Shown in pieces: positions 51,131-61,535 of a DNA stretch of 64,000 nt (position 1 is its first letter; every line of letters starts with the position of its first letter). Under the pieces are notes generated by a model. The model was given only the letters and a program-made list of their open reading frames with translations. It was not told the origin of the DNA and ran no database searches. The translations under genes and the position numbers were made by a program. The stretch covers positions 248,001 through 312,000 of the forward strand of contig OZ249451.1 in NCBI GenBank assembly GCA_965235115.1, read 5' to 3'. Source of the stretch: Laetmonice hystrix (lineage: Eukaryota).

Positions 51131-52006
51131 GTTTGTGAGAATACGGGCCTGGCGTACTCTGGTCGTCCCTGACTGAGACAAATAACACATACACTTTGTG
51201 AGAATACGGGCCTGGCGTACTCTGGTCGTCCCTGACTGAGACAAATAACACATACACTTTGTGAGAATACGGGCCTGGCGTACTCTGGTCGTCCCTGACT
51301 GAGACAAATAACACATACACTTTGTGAGAATACGGGCCTGGCGTACTCTGGTCGTCCCTGACTGAGACAAATAACACATACACTTTGTGAGAATACGGGC
51401 CTGGCGTACTCTGGTCGTCCCTGACTGAGACAAATAACACATACACTTTGTGAGAATATGGGCCTGGCGTACTCTGGTCGTCCCTGACTGAGACAAATAA
51501 CACATACACTTTGTGAGAATACGGGCCTGGCGTACTCTGGTCGTCCCTGACTGAGACAAATAACACATGTACACTTTGTGAGAATACGGGCCTGGCGTAC
51601 TCTGGTCGTCCCTGACTGAGACAAATACACTTTGTGAGAATATGGGCCTGGCGTACTCTGGTCGTCCCTGACTGAGACAAATAACACATGTACACTTTGT
51701 GAGAATATGGGCCTGGCGTACTCTGGTCGTCCCTGACTGAGACAAATAACACATACACTTTGTGAGAATACGGGCCTGGCGGACTCTGGTCGTCCCTGAC
51801 TGAGACAAATAACACATACACTTTGTGAGAATATGGGCCTGGCGTACTCTGGTCGTCCCTGACTGAGACAAATAACACATACACTTTGTGAGAATATGGG
51901 CCTGGCGTACTCTGGTCGTCCCTGACTGAGACAAATAACACATACACTTTGTGAGAATATGGGCCTGGCGTACTCTGGTCGTCCCTGACTGAGACAAATA
52001 ACACAT
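51131..52006. repeat. 63-bp minisatellite, ~14 copies
   Basis: TTTGTGAGAATACGGGCCTGGCGTACTCTGGTCGTCCCTGACTGAGACAAATAACACATACAC. Confidence 0.98.
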
Positions 52007-52579
52007 AATGTTCTAATGATGTTTTAGTTAGGGTTAACTAGGGCCAGACTGACCCTAACCCTAACTAACCCTAACACATACATATATGTCCTAATGATGT
52101 GTTCCCTAAGTTTGTGAATGCCGAGTTGTTTGTTGTTAGCACGATCATGTCTCAGTCTCAGTGACACGGGGGTCACATCCCCCGGAGATGGAGGGAGAGA
52201 GGGAGGTAGAAGGATTCACCAAGCATCCTTCCAGGCCATTTAAAGTGGACAGTATTGAACGAATCCTGACAGATGACCTGCTGCAGCCATGCGTTCGGCG
52301 CAGGCAGTAGAGGTATGCTCGCCTGCCAAGGATAAGACAGGCTCTTCATGTCGGTTTTTACAACAGCACGGTTAACATGCCATTCTATCGGCTTGACTCA
52401 TCCTCTCACTCGGCGTACACACATAGAAAACATTACTATTGTAGCCAGCATCGCTTCCATAGTGCACATCCTTCGACCTGACCATAAACAACACAAATAT
52501 CTCGCTTGGCTGGTTGGGGGTTAGGATGGGGGTGGGGATGGAGAGATGGGGTGTGGGTGGGGAGATGGGTGTAGGGTGT

Positions 52580-52698
52580 GGGTGGATCCAGGATTTTGGT
52601 AAGGGGGGGTTTAGGGGAAGAAAGTACTGGGGGGAGGGGTCATCAAAGAACCACAAGTTTCAGGTCACCTTGACGACCCCCCCCCCTTTCCCCGCCTA
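52580..52698. mobile_element. Degenerate short non-autonomous DNA element of the GGCGGATCCAGGATTTT...CCCCCC type
   Basis: GGTGGATCCAGGATTTTGGTAAGGGGGGG start and GACCCCCCCCCCTTTCCCCGCC end resemble common invertebrate MITE termini (recalled, not searched). Confidence 0.35.
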
Positions 52699-52749
52699 GT
52701 TCACTCAGGTTTTGTATAAACATTTTTACTGCATACTTGTCGGTAACAC

Positions 52750-52990
52750 TTGTTTGTGCCATGTATAGTGATAGAGCGTACGGAGATCTGTGCAGATGTC
52801 CATGTTTGTGCCATGTATAGTGATAGAGTTTTGTTTGTGCCATGTATAGTGATAGAGTTTTGTTTGTGCCATGTATAGTGATAGAGTTTTGTTTGTGCCA
52901 TGTATATAGTGATAGAGTTTTGTTTGTGCCATGTATAGTGATAGAGTTTTGTTTGTGCCATGTATACGGAGATCTGTGCAGATGTCCATG
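52750..52990. repeat. 29-bp minisatellite bracketed by a duplicated TACGGAGATCTGTGCAGATGTCCATG segment
   Basis: TTGTTTGTGCCATGTATAGTGATAGAGTT, ~6 copies. Confidence 0.93.
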
Positions 52991-54089
52991 CTCTCCGTGC
53001 TGGTAAAACACGAGTCCCAGGATGACATACACAGTAGCATACAGTTTCTGTGGTTACAACCACAGTTTCTGTGGTTACAACCACAGCAGACAAAGCAACT
53101 ATCGCAATGTGCACTCCATTACACATTCTCTACCTGACCATCACTTAGCAACCATTACTGGGGCTTAAGGCAGCAACGTTGTCGTGGCAACCCGGGGCCA
53201 TAATGACCCCCACTAGATCCCTTCCATCATACTTACAATACTGGGAGTGAGGAGGGACATTTGTGGGCCCCCCCCCCCCCGCGCTGGCCGCTACCATGTG
53301 GTTGTGTGGAGTAAACCTAGGTGGAAGTGAGAAAGAACCCTCCAGGTGAGGGGGCCGGGGGGCTACCCCCCCCCCCCCCCGGCTCCACGATCGGAAACGG
53401 CTTTATGTGGGGCCTGAGGGATGGCCGTACTAACAGTCGTTACACCTCCCGACCAGCTGTTCACAACAACGCTCAACAACAGTCGTACGGCTAAATGGCA
53501 TATCGGCAACTTCTACTTGGATGAATAATGCATCATGGGAAGTGTCATTTTGGGTGTCGTTTATTCATGCAGCCGTGGAAGGGTGAGGTTTATGACGGCC
53601 CGACACCGAGCAGGCTGGAGCTGGCAGCGCCGAGCTGTCCCCAACTATACAGAACAAGTGGCTACACTGGATGACACATGGTTAGGGTCAGCCCGACACC
53701 GAGTCTTCATGTCCTCATGGTTCGGGGGGAGGGGGGGGGCGGCGGGAGTGTTTTTTAAAGAAAATTATTCCAATTAAATATCTTTGTGTCATAAAAATTG
53801 TGTGATATTTTTCTTAATTGAAAAGGGCAATTTTTGTTCGGATGCCGGTCGTGAACTCTAATTAAGTACATTGGGGGGATCATCAGAAAGTCGTTTCTAT
53901 AGAGACGACGTCCGACCCTGTCTGGACTGACTCCTCCAACCTTGATCAAAATCTCCTGGTCGGACTGAGGATCTGTTGATCACGGGTGTCCGTGGGATTC
54001 CTTCCAATCATGTCCAGGTGAGGAGGTTGGGGGGGGGGGGGTGTTACCCCCAGCCCGACCCCCATGGATTTGTTGTGATGTGGATGGCA

Positions 54090-54478
54090 GACGGCCCTCC
54101 CCTTCCCCCCAGGCCCGGCGGCCCTCCCCCGGGCCGAACTCCCCCTCCCCGGCAGCCCTCCCTCCCCCGGGCCAGACTCCCCCTCCCCGGCAGCCCTCCC
54201 TCCCCCGGGCCGAACTGCCCCTCCCCCGGCGGCCCTCCCTCCCCCCGGGCCGGACTCCCCTTCCCCGGCAGCCCTCCCTCCCCGGGCCGAACTGTCCCTC
54301 CCCCGGCGGCCCTCCCTCCCCCGGGCCGGACTCCCCCTCCCCCGGCGGCCCTCCCTCCCCCCGGGCCGGACTCCCCCCCCCCCCGGCCGGACTCCCCTTC
54401 CCCGGCAGCCCTCCCCCGGGCCGGACGCCCCCTCCCCGGCAGCCCGGACGCCCCCCCCCCCGGCCACCCTCACCCGGG
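54090..54478. repeat. C-rich degenerate minisatellite
   Basis: CCCCGGGCCGGACTCCCCTCCCCCGGCGGCCCTCCCT-like units. Confidence 0.92.
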
Positions 54479-54975
54479 CCGCCTCCTCGGTAGGCCGGCT
54501 GACACAATGACACGAACACTGATTGGCTCGACCAAGGTGTACCATTTTCACATTGCGCCACCCCCCGCTTCACCTGACGCCGTGACAGGTAATCGCGCTG
54601 AGACAATCGACTCCGGTAATTGTAAGCTGTACGTTGGACGGCCAAACGTTGCCGCACACCTGCGATAAGCTATTGGGGTCAAAGGTCGGGTGTTGGTATT
54701 ATGGACGCTGATTTCTTTCAGACAGGTGTAATTGTTTGGGGGCGGGCCCCTAGTTGGTCCCGACATTCATCCAGCGGTATGGAATTCTGCTGCCAGCGAG
54801 AATTCACCTGCACTGGTGGCCAGCAGGGAGGAAACCACTCGCCAAGGTATGGGGTTGTCTGAGAAACCCTTGGAGGGTGGCGAGTTAGTTAGGGGACACA
54901 AGAAAGGGGTGTTAACCTGGAGAGTGAACCCGGAGATAAAACCCGAACATACAGGGTAAACATGGAGGTGACCGT

Positions 54976-55148
54976 GGGGATAATGGAGTTTCCCACTGTA
55001 CAATGGAGTTTCCCACTGTAAACTGGGATAATGGAGTTTCCCACTGTAAAATGGAGTTTCCCACTGTAAACTGGGATAATGGAGTTTCCCACTGTAAAAT
55101 GGAGTTTCCCACTGTAAACTGGGATAATGGAGTTTCCCACTGTAAAAT
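54976..55148. repeat. Nested 20/48-bp repeat with 7 TTTCCCAC (Su(H)/RBPJ-type) motifs
   Basis: AATGGAGTTTCCCACTGTA occurs 7 times. Confidence 0.95.
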
Positions 55149-55220
55149 GGAATACCACAACAAATCGACCAAATTAAATGTCCAAATTCATTGTTGTATG
55201 ACGTAAATACGGAGAAGACG

Positions 55221-55468
55221 GTGCCAGTGTGGGCACGGGGTGGGAGGGGGTTGGAAGGGAGGGCGGGAGGTACGCGTCAGGTGTGCCAGTGTGGGCACGG
55301 GGTGGGAGGGGGTTGGAAGGGAGGGCGGGAGGTACGCGTCAGGTGTGCCAGTGTGGGCACGGGGTGGGAGGGGGTTGGAAGGGAGGGCGGGAGGTACGCG
55401 TCAGGTGTGCCAGTGTGGGCACGGGGTGGCAGGGGGTTGGAAGGGAGGGCGGGAGGTACGCGTCAGGT
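55221..55468. repeat. 62-bp G-rich minisatellite, 4 copies
   Basis: GTGCCAGTGTGGGCACGGGGTGGGAGGGGGTTGGAAGGGAGGGCGGGAGGTACGCGTCAGGT. Confidence 0.97.
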
Positions 55469-55779
55469 GCAGGGGGCCTTAATAAATCAAATTAGTGGTG
55501 AGAATTATCTCCATATCCTGACCGTGTCCGTGTGGTGGGTCGCTGGACTCTGTGTGGGTGTGTGTGTGGAGGGGTGGGGGTGGGGGGTGGGGTGGGGGGG
55601 AGGCGCCCTCAACAGGAGGAAAACACTCCACTCCACCCCCCCCACACACACACACACACACCCCAAACAGACGGCAAGCACGTCCCGACACTGGCCATCG
55701 GTGTCTTATTAACGGCCGAGCTGTGGGCCGGTCAGATCTCACGGGCGGTTTCAAACTAGACTAGGCCAATGACTCGGTA

Positions 55780-56560
55780 TCAAACCTGACAGGTTCAGAC
55801 CAGATCCGTGATAGGCACGGTATCATACCTGACAGGTTCAGACCAGATCCGTGATAGGCACGGTATCATACCTGACAGGGTCAGACCAGATCTGTGATAG
55901 GCATGGTATCATACCTGACAGGTTCAGACCAGATCCGTGACACGGTATCATACCTGACAGGTTCAGACCAGATCTGTGATAGGCACGGTATCATACCTGA
56001 CAGGTTCAGACCAGATCTGTGATAGGCACGATATCATACCTGACAGGGTCAGACCAGATCTGTGATAGGCACGGTATCATACCTGACAGGTTCAGACCAG
56101 ATCTGTGATAGGCATGGTATCATACCTGACAGGTTCAGACCAGATCCGTGATAGGCATGGTATCATACCTGACAGGGTCAGACCAGGACCGTGATAGGCA
56201 TGGTATCATACCTGACAGGGTCAGACCAGGACCGTGATAGGCATGGTATCATACCTGACAGGGTCAGACCAGGACCGTGATAGGCATGGTATCATACCTG
56301 ACAGGGTCAGACCAGGACCGTGATAGGCATGGTATCATACCTGACAGGGTCAGACCAGATCCGTGATAGGCACGGTATCATACCTGACAGGTTCAGACCA
56401 GATCTGTGATAGGTACGGTATCATACCTGACAGGTTCAGACCAGATCTGTGATAGGCACGGTATCATACCTGACAGGGTCAGACCAGATCTGTGATAGGC
56501 ACGGTATCATACCTGACAGGTTCAGACCAGATCTGTGATATAGGCACGGTATCATACCTG
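55780..56560. repeat. 43-bp minisatellite, ~18 copies
   Basis: TGATAGGCACGGTATCATACCTGACAGGTTCAGACCAGATCTG. Confidence 0.98.
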
Positions 56561-56710
56561 GACGGCGGTGGGCAGGTGGCGCTGTCACAAACATGTCACG
56601 TCACACATACCGTAGAAACCTGGTTACCATGGAAACAGATGAACTTCGTATCCAGGGCTTGCTATTTTTTTCAAGCGTGTGTGTGGGGTATGAAAGAATA
56701 CCGGCAGTTA

Positions 56711-57811
56711 GTGATTTCTTTACTAGGGGAATGTATCACCAACACCAAGTGGACACTCGCCCTATGAGGTACATAGAGAGAGCTCGCGATTTCTAGGGGA
56801 ATGTATCACCAACACCAAGTGGACACTCACCCTATGAGGTACATAGAGAGAGCTCGTGATTTCTAGGGGAATGTATCACCTACACCAAGTGGACACTCCC
56901 CCTATGAGGTACATAGAGAGAGCTCATGATTTCTTTACTAGGGGAATGTATCACCAACACCAAGTGGACACTCACCCTATGAGGTACATAGAGAGAGCTC
57001 ATGATTTCTTTACTAGGGGAATGTATCACCAACACCAAGTGGACACTCACCCTATGAGGTACATAGAGAGAGCTCGTGATTTCTAGGGGAATGTATCACC
57101 AACACCAAGTGGACACTCACCCTATGAGGTACATAGAGAGAGCTCGTGATTTCTTTACTAGGGGAATGTATCACCAACACCAAGTGGACACTCACTCTAT
57201 GAGGTACATAGAGAGAGCTCATGATTTCTTTACTAGGGGAATGTATCACCAACACCAAGTGGACACTCACCCTATGAGGTACATAGAGAGAGCTCATGAT
57301 TTCTAGGGGAATGTATCACCAACACCAAGTGGACACTCACCCTATGAGGTACATAGAGAGAGCTCGTGATTTCTTTACTAGGGGAATGTATCACCAACAC
57401 CAAGTGGACACTCACTCTATGAGGTACATAGAGAGAGCTCATGATTTCTTTACTAGGGGAATGTATCACCAACACCAAGTGGACACTCACCCTATGAGGT
57501 ACATAGAGAGAGCTCATGATTTCTAGGGGAATGTATCACCAACACCAAGTGGACACTCACCCTATGAGGTACATAGAGAGAGCTCGTGATTTCTTTACTA
57601 GGGGAATGTATCACCAACACCAAGTGGACACTCACCCTATGAGGTACATAGAGAGAGCTCATGATTTCTTTACTAGGGGAATGTATCACCAACACCAAGT
57701 GGACACTCACCCTATGAGGTACATAGAGAGGGCTCGTGATTTCTAGGGGAATGTATCACCAACACCAAGTGGACACTCACCTTATGAGGTACATAGAGAG
57801 AGCTCATGATT
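56711..57811. repeat. 75/70-bp minisatellite, ~15 units, with a 220-bp higher-order unit
   Basis: GATTTC(TTTAC)TAGGGGAATGTATCACCAACACCAAGTGGACACTCACCCTATGAGGTACATAGAGAGAGCTC(A/G)T; track ORFs recur at 56856, 57076, 57296, 57516. Confidence 0.98.
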
Positions 57812-58139
57812 TCCAGTCAGCTCGGTACACCTGACTGGGGGGGGGGGGGGGGGGGGGTCCGTGAACATGGACAGGGGCGGGCGGGGGGGGGGGGTCACCG
57901 AGTGCAGGCGTCAAGTCCCCCTGGAGGGGAGGTCCCGGGGTATTGAAGGAGGAGGAAGCAGCCATCTCCTCCCTCCTCATCCGCTCCATCTGCCGGGGGC
58001 TGTCTAAACTAGGGGCACCTGTACCCCTCCCGGTCCAGGGTCCCATCAAAGTTTGGGCTTGTTTCCATCAATTCCTTACTGGCTCCAGTTGTCTTAGTAA
58101 CCCCTGGTAGCCATAGTAACCTCTTGCACCTTTTCCCAG

Positions 58140-58154
58140 GACCTCCACCTGTGG
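58140..58154 (+). other. Candidate 15-nt frame-preserving microexon (GACCTCCACCTGTGG)
   Basis: CTCTTGCACCTTTTCCCAG| acceptor with TGC, TGG|GTAAGC donor, no stop in any frame. Confidence 0.4.
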
Positions 58155-58442
58155 GTAAGCAGGTCAGATTTCTGTTTATATCCAGTTGCTAGGCAACCTC
58201 TGATTCAGAGAAATTCGGCAGCGGTTTTTATCGGCGGTTGTTTTGGTTGTGATTGCCGTTGTGGATGCACACCTGGATAGGTGAGGTGGCCGGTGTGGTG
58301 GGTCTACCTGACTGACTCAGGTGTGGCACCTGCTCAGGCCACACGGACTGGGTGGGGCTCATCACATGTTTAACAAGTAAACTCGCCGGGGTGAACCTGT
58401 ACCGGCTGAAACACCACTCAAACCACATCGGTGGGCATTTGT

Positions 58443-58512
58443 CCGGCATCTGGCATTCTCTCCGGCATCTGGCATTCTCTCCGGCATCTGGCATTCTCTC
58501 CGGCATCTGGCT
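58443..58512. repeat. 19-bp tandem repeat, ~4 copies
   Basis: CCGGCATCTGGCATTCTCT. Confidence 0.92.
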
Positions 58513-58769
58513 TTCTGTCCGGCGGTAACGTTTGTCCGGCATGTGTCCAGAACTATCCTCGTCATAGCGTACCAATGTCTCATTATCTTACCGAACATTT
58601 ACTTCTACAATAAAAGTCTGAAATGTTTGAAAGTTTAGTTTTATTGTTTTTATAATGAAGTAAACTAATCGAAGTGTTCAAAATATTCGCTGGAAGAGAA
58701 GAGCCTTTTTTGGTTCAGGCACCAGTTGTCGTGTGGAGACCTGCTTTCCCAGCCGGGCAAGTCTAGTTG

Positions 58770-59012
58770 ACGGGAGACAGCCAAGGTGACAGGGGCAAGT
58801 CAATGCAAGACTAGGTGACGGGAGACAGTCAAGGTGACAGGGGCAAGTTAATGCAAGTCTATGTGACGGGAGACAGTCAAGGTGACAGGGGCAAGTTAAT
58901 GCAAGTCTATGTGACGGGAGACAGTCAAGGTGACAGGGGCAAGTTAATGCAAGTCTATGTGACGGGAGACAGTCAAGGTGACAGGGGCAAGTTAATGCAA
59001 GTCTATGTGACG
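58770..59012. repeat. 48-bp minisatellite, 5 copies
   Basis: GTGACGGGAGACAGTCAAGGTGACAGGGGCAAGTTAATGCAAGTCTAT. Confidence 0.96.
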
Positions 59013-59465
59013 CGCCTCTGGTATTTGGTGCCACGCATTTGCGAAAAAGACGAAATCCACTGAGCTGGAAGCTGCATCAGATTGAGTTCGCGCGTGGGCA
59101 GGTAAGGTGTTAGCCTGCCCAAAGTAAACTGTTGGTGGCCGAGCCAGGCCAGGCCAGGCCGGGCCGGGCCGGGCCGGGCCGGGCCGGGCGTACGTACACA
59201 ATAGGTGTGTGGTGCCGTGAGACAGAGGGTCGCATAAAACAAAGGTGGATTGACCTGATGGCCTGTGGGGCGTAACCCTGTCTGTCCTTACAGGGGGGTA
59301 ACCCTGTCTGTCCTTACAGGAGGTAACCCTGTCTGTCCTTACAGGGGTATTTACATAACCCCATTCTCGCCGTGTGTAGGTCCCGGTATGACGGAGTGAG
59401 TTGGGCTGCCAGGTAGGAAACAATGGGAGTGGTTGTAAAGCTGTCCGCAGCCCGATAACCGCTTG

Positions 59466-59750
59466 GTGTGTGTGTGTGTGTGTGTGTTTGGGGGTGGGGG
59501 TATTTGGAGTTTTGCGCCTTGCAACAGCCAGGGTCATATTACGGCGGTGAAGATGATGATGAAAGTCAGCTTTTCTTGGTGGAGGAAACCGGAGTACCCG
59601 GAGGAAACCACCGGCCTTCGGGAACTGACTGACAAACCTTTTCACGCGTGCAGCCCTGGCCGGAGATCGAACCCGGACCGCAGTGGTGTGAGGCGATGGT
59701 CCTAGGTGTCATGAGCCAACACCTTAGACCACTCGGCCACCCGAGGCCCC
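59466..59750 (-). mobile_element. tRNA-headed SINE with a V-domain-like conserved core and (CA)n tail
   Basis: On the minus strand: A-box TGGCCGAGTGG (59728-59740), B-box GGTTCGATCTCC (59662-59673), GGTTTCCTCCGGGTACTCCGGTTTCCTCC core (59581-59612), 3' ATGACCCTGGCTGTTG, then an AC microsatellite. Confidence 0.8.
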
Positions 59751-59914
59751 GGGGGGCGAGTCTCAATAGTAACAGTGAACAATCACGGGCAGGACATTGA
59801 AAGAGGGCGGTGATTCTAGAAAAGTTTACACCCGCGCTCAAAATTGTGCATTTATTTTAAGTTTTGATAGAATCGAGATCGGAATGGTGAAAAATGGAAA
59901 GTTCGGTGGCTGGA

Positions 59915-60314
59915 GTATGACGACATGGCAACCACCCTGGTAACAGTGGTTGCCACGGACATGACGACATGGCAACCACCCTGGTAACAGTGGTTGCCAC
60001 GGACATGACGACATGGCAACCACCCTGGTAACAGTGGTTGCCACGGACATGGTGGCTGGAGTATGACGACATGGCAACCACCCTGGTAACAGTGGTTGCC
60101 ACGGACATGGTGGCTGGAGTATGACGACATGGCAACCACCCTGGTAACAGTGGTTGCTACGGACATGACGACATGGCAACCACCCTGGTAACAGTGGTTG
60201 CCACGGACATGGTGGCTGGAGTATGACGACATGGCAACCACCCTGGTAACAGTGGTTGCCACGGACATGACGACATGGCAACCACCCTGGTAACAGTGGT
60301 TGCCACGGACATGG
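59915..60314. repeat. 44/58-bp minisatellite, 8 copies, each with a 10-bp perfect inverted repeat
   Basis: ATGACGACA-TGGCAACCAC-CCTGGTAACA-GTGGTTGCCA-CGGAC. Confidence 0.97.
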
Positions 60315-60647
60315 TGAGAAGGGAGGATCCAGCCTTTCACCCCGACAGCTAACCTGTCTGATGTGATTGGCAACAGGAGATAAAAGGGAGCACATTTCAT
60401 CCGGTAAGGGGGCACCCATTGCGCCCGCCACCCGGCGCCCTCCCGTTGCCAACGGTAACAGACTCATTCACGGGATATGTTGTTGGAATCAGAGATCGCG
60501 GTAGCGGAGCTCCAGGGGTAGAGAGGGAGGTGTCTGTCAGCCAGAACTCCTCCGTGTATCAGACCACCCTCCTGGCTGAGACTGAGGTTCCTTAACCCCT
60601 CATTACTACTACACATACCTACGATTATTTACAGATAGATTTGTGAT

Positions 60648-61257
60648 GAATGTTGGTAGTTCTCCATTGTGACCGGTCCCTACACCATCAACACCTGGTA
60701 ATAAAATGTTGGTAGTTCTCCATTGTGACCGGTCCCTACACCATCAACACCTGATAATAAAATGTTGGTAGTTCTCCATTGTGACCGGTCCCTACACCAT
60801 CAACACCTGATAATAAAATGTTGGTAGTTCTCCATTGTGACCGGTCCCTACACCATCAACACCTGATAATAAAATGTTAGTAGTTCTCCATTGTGACCGA
60901 TCCCTACACCACCAACACCTGGTAATAAAATGTTGGTAGTTCTCCATTGTGACCGGTCCCTACACCACCAACACCTGATAATAAAATGTTGGTAGTTCTC
61001 CATTGTGACCGGTCCCTACACCACCAACACCTGATAATAAAATGTTGGTAGTTCTCCATTGTGACCGGTCCCTACACCACCAACACCTGATAATAAAATG
61101 TTGGTAGTTCTCCATTGTGACCGGTCCCTACACCACCAACACCTGATAATAAAATGTTGGTAGTTCTCCATTGTGACCGGTCCCTACACCACCAACACCT
61201 GATAATAAAATGTTGGTAGTTCTCCATTGTGACCGGTCCCTACACCACCAACACCTC
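60648..61257. repeat. 56-bp minisatellite, ~11 copies
   Basis: AATGTTGGTAGTTCTCCATTGTGACCGGTCCCTACACCACCAACACCTGATAATAA. Confidence 0.98.
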
Positions 61258-61281
61258 CGGGCGTACGTACGTAGTCTGAAA

Positions 61282-61396
61282 TAAAGATCCATAGTCCTGA
61301 CCTGATCTGTAATCCCGGTCCCGACACCTCCCAAAAACATATCCCTATCCCGGACCTGAACCCGAACCCCTGCCAAAAGAAATTGTGGGGAAGTTA
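61282..61396 (-). mobile_element. Second, inverted copy of the dispersed repeat at 36595-36732
   Basis: Reverse complement aligns collinearly with 36595-36732 by eye. Confidence 0.6.
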
Positions 61397-61469
61397 CCAC
61401 AGGTGTGCACACTGACTGGTCAACATTCCAAGGACTTGTCACCTTTCACAACTTTTCGTGAAGTGCAAG

Positions 61470-61535
61470 TTCTTCTGGCTCGAGGGGGATTCGAACCCAT
61501 ACGTGACAGACCCTCTTGATCACCGAGCCTCACCA
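61470..61535 (-). mobile_element. tRNA-derived SINE head or tRNA pseudogene fragment
   Basis: Minus strand GGGTTCGAATCCCCCTCGAGCCA (perfect B-box plus tRNA-like 3' end); degenerate A-box. Confidence 0.45.

Noticed and set aside
9395-60314. CRISPR-like palindromic repeat arrays at 9395 and 59915
   Set aside because: The sequence between palindromes is repeated rather than unique spacers, there are no cas genes, and the context is eukaryotic.
12411-61257. 9-mers identical to the 5' ends of miR-219 (TGATTGTCC, 54-bp array) and miR-2001 (TTGTGACCG, 56-bp array)
   Set aside because: The matches stop after 9 nt and there is no precursor hairpin.
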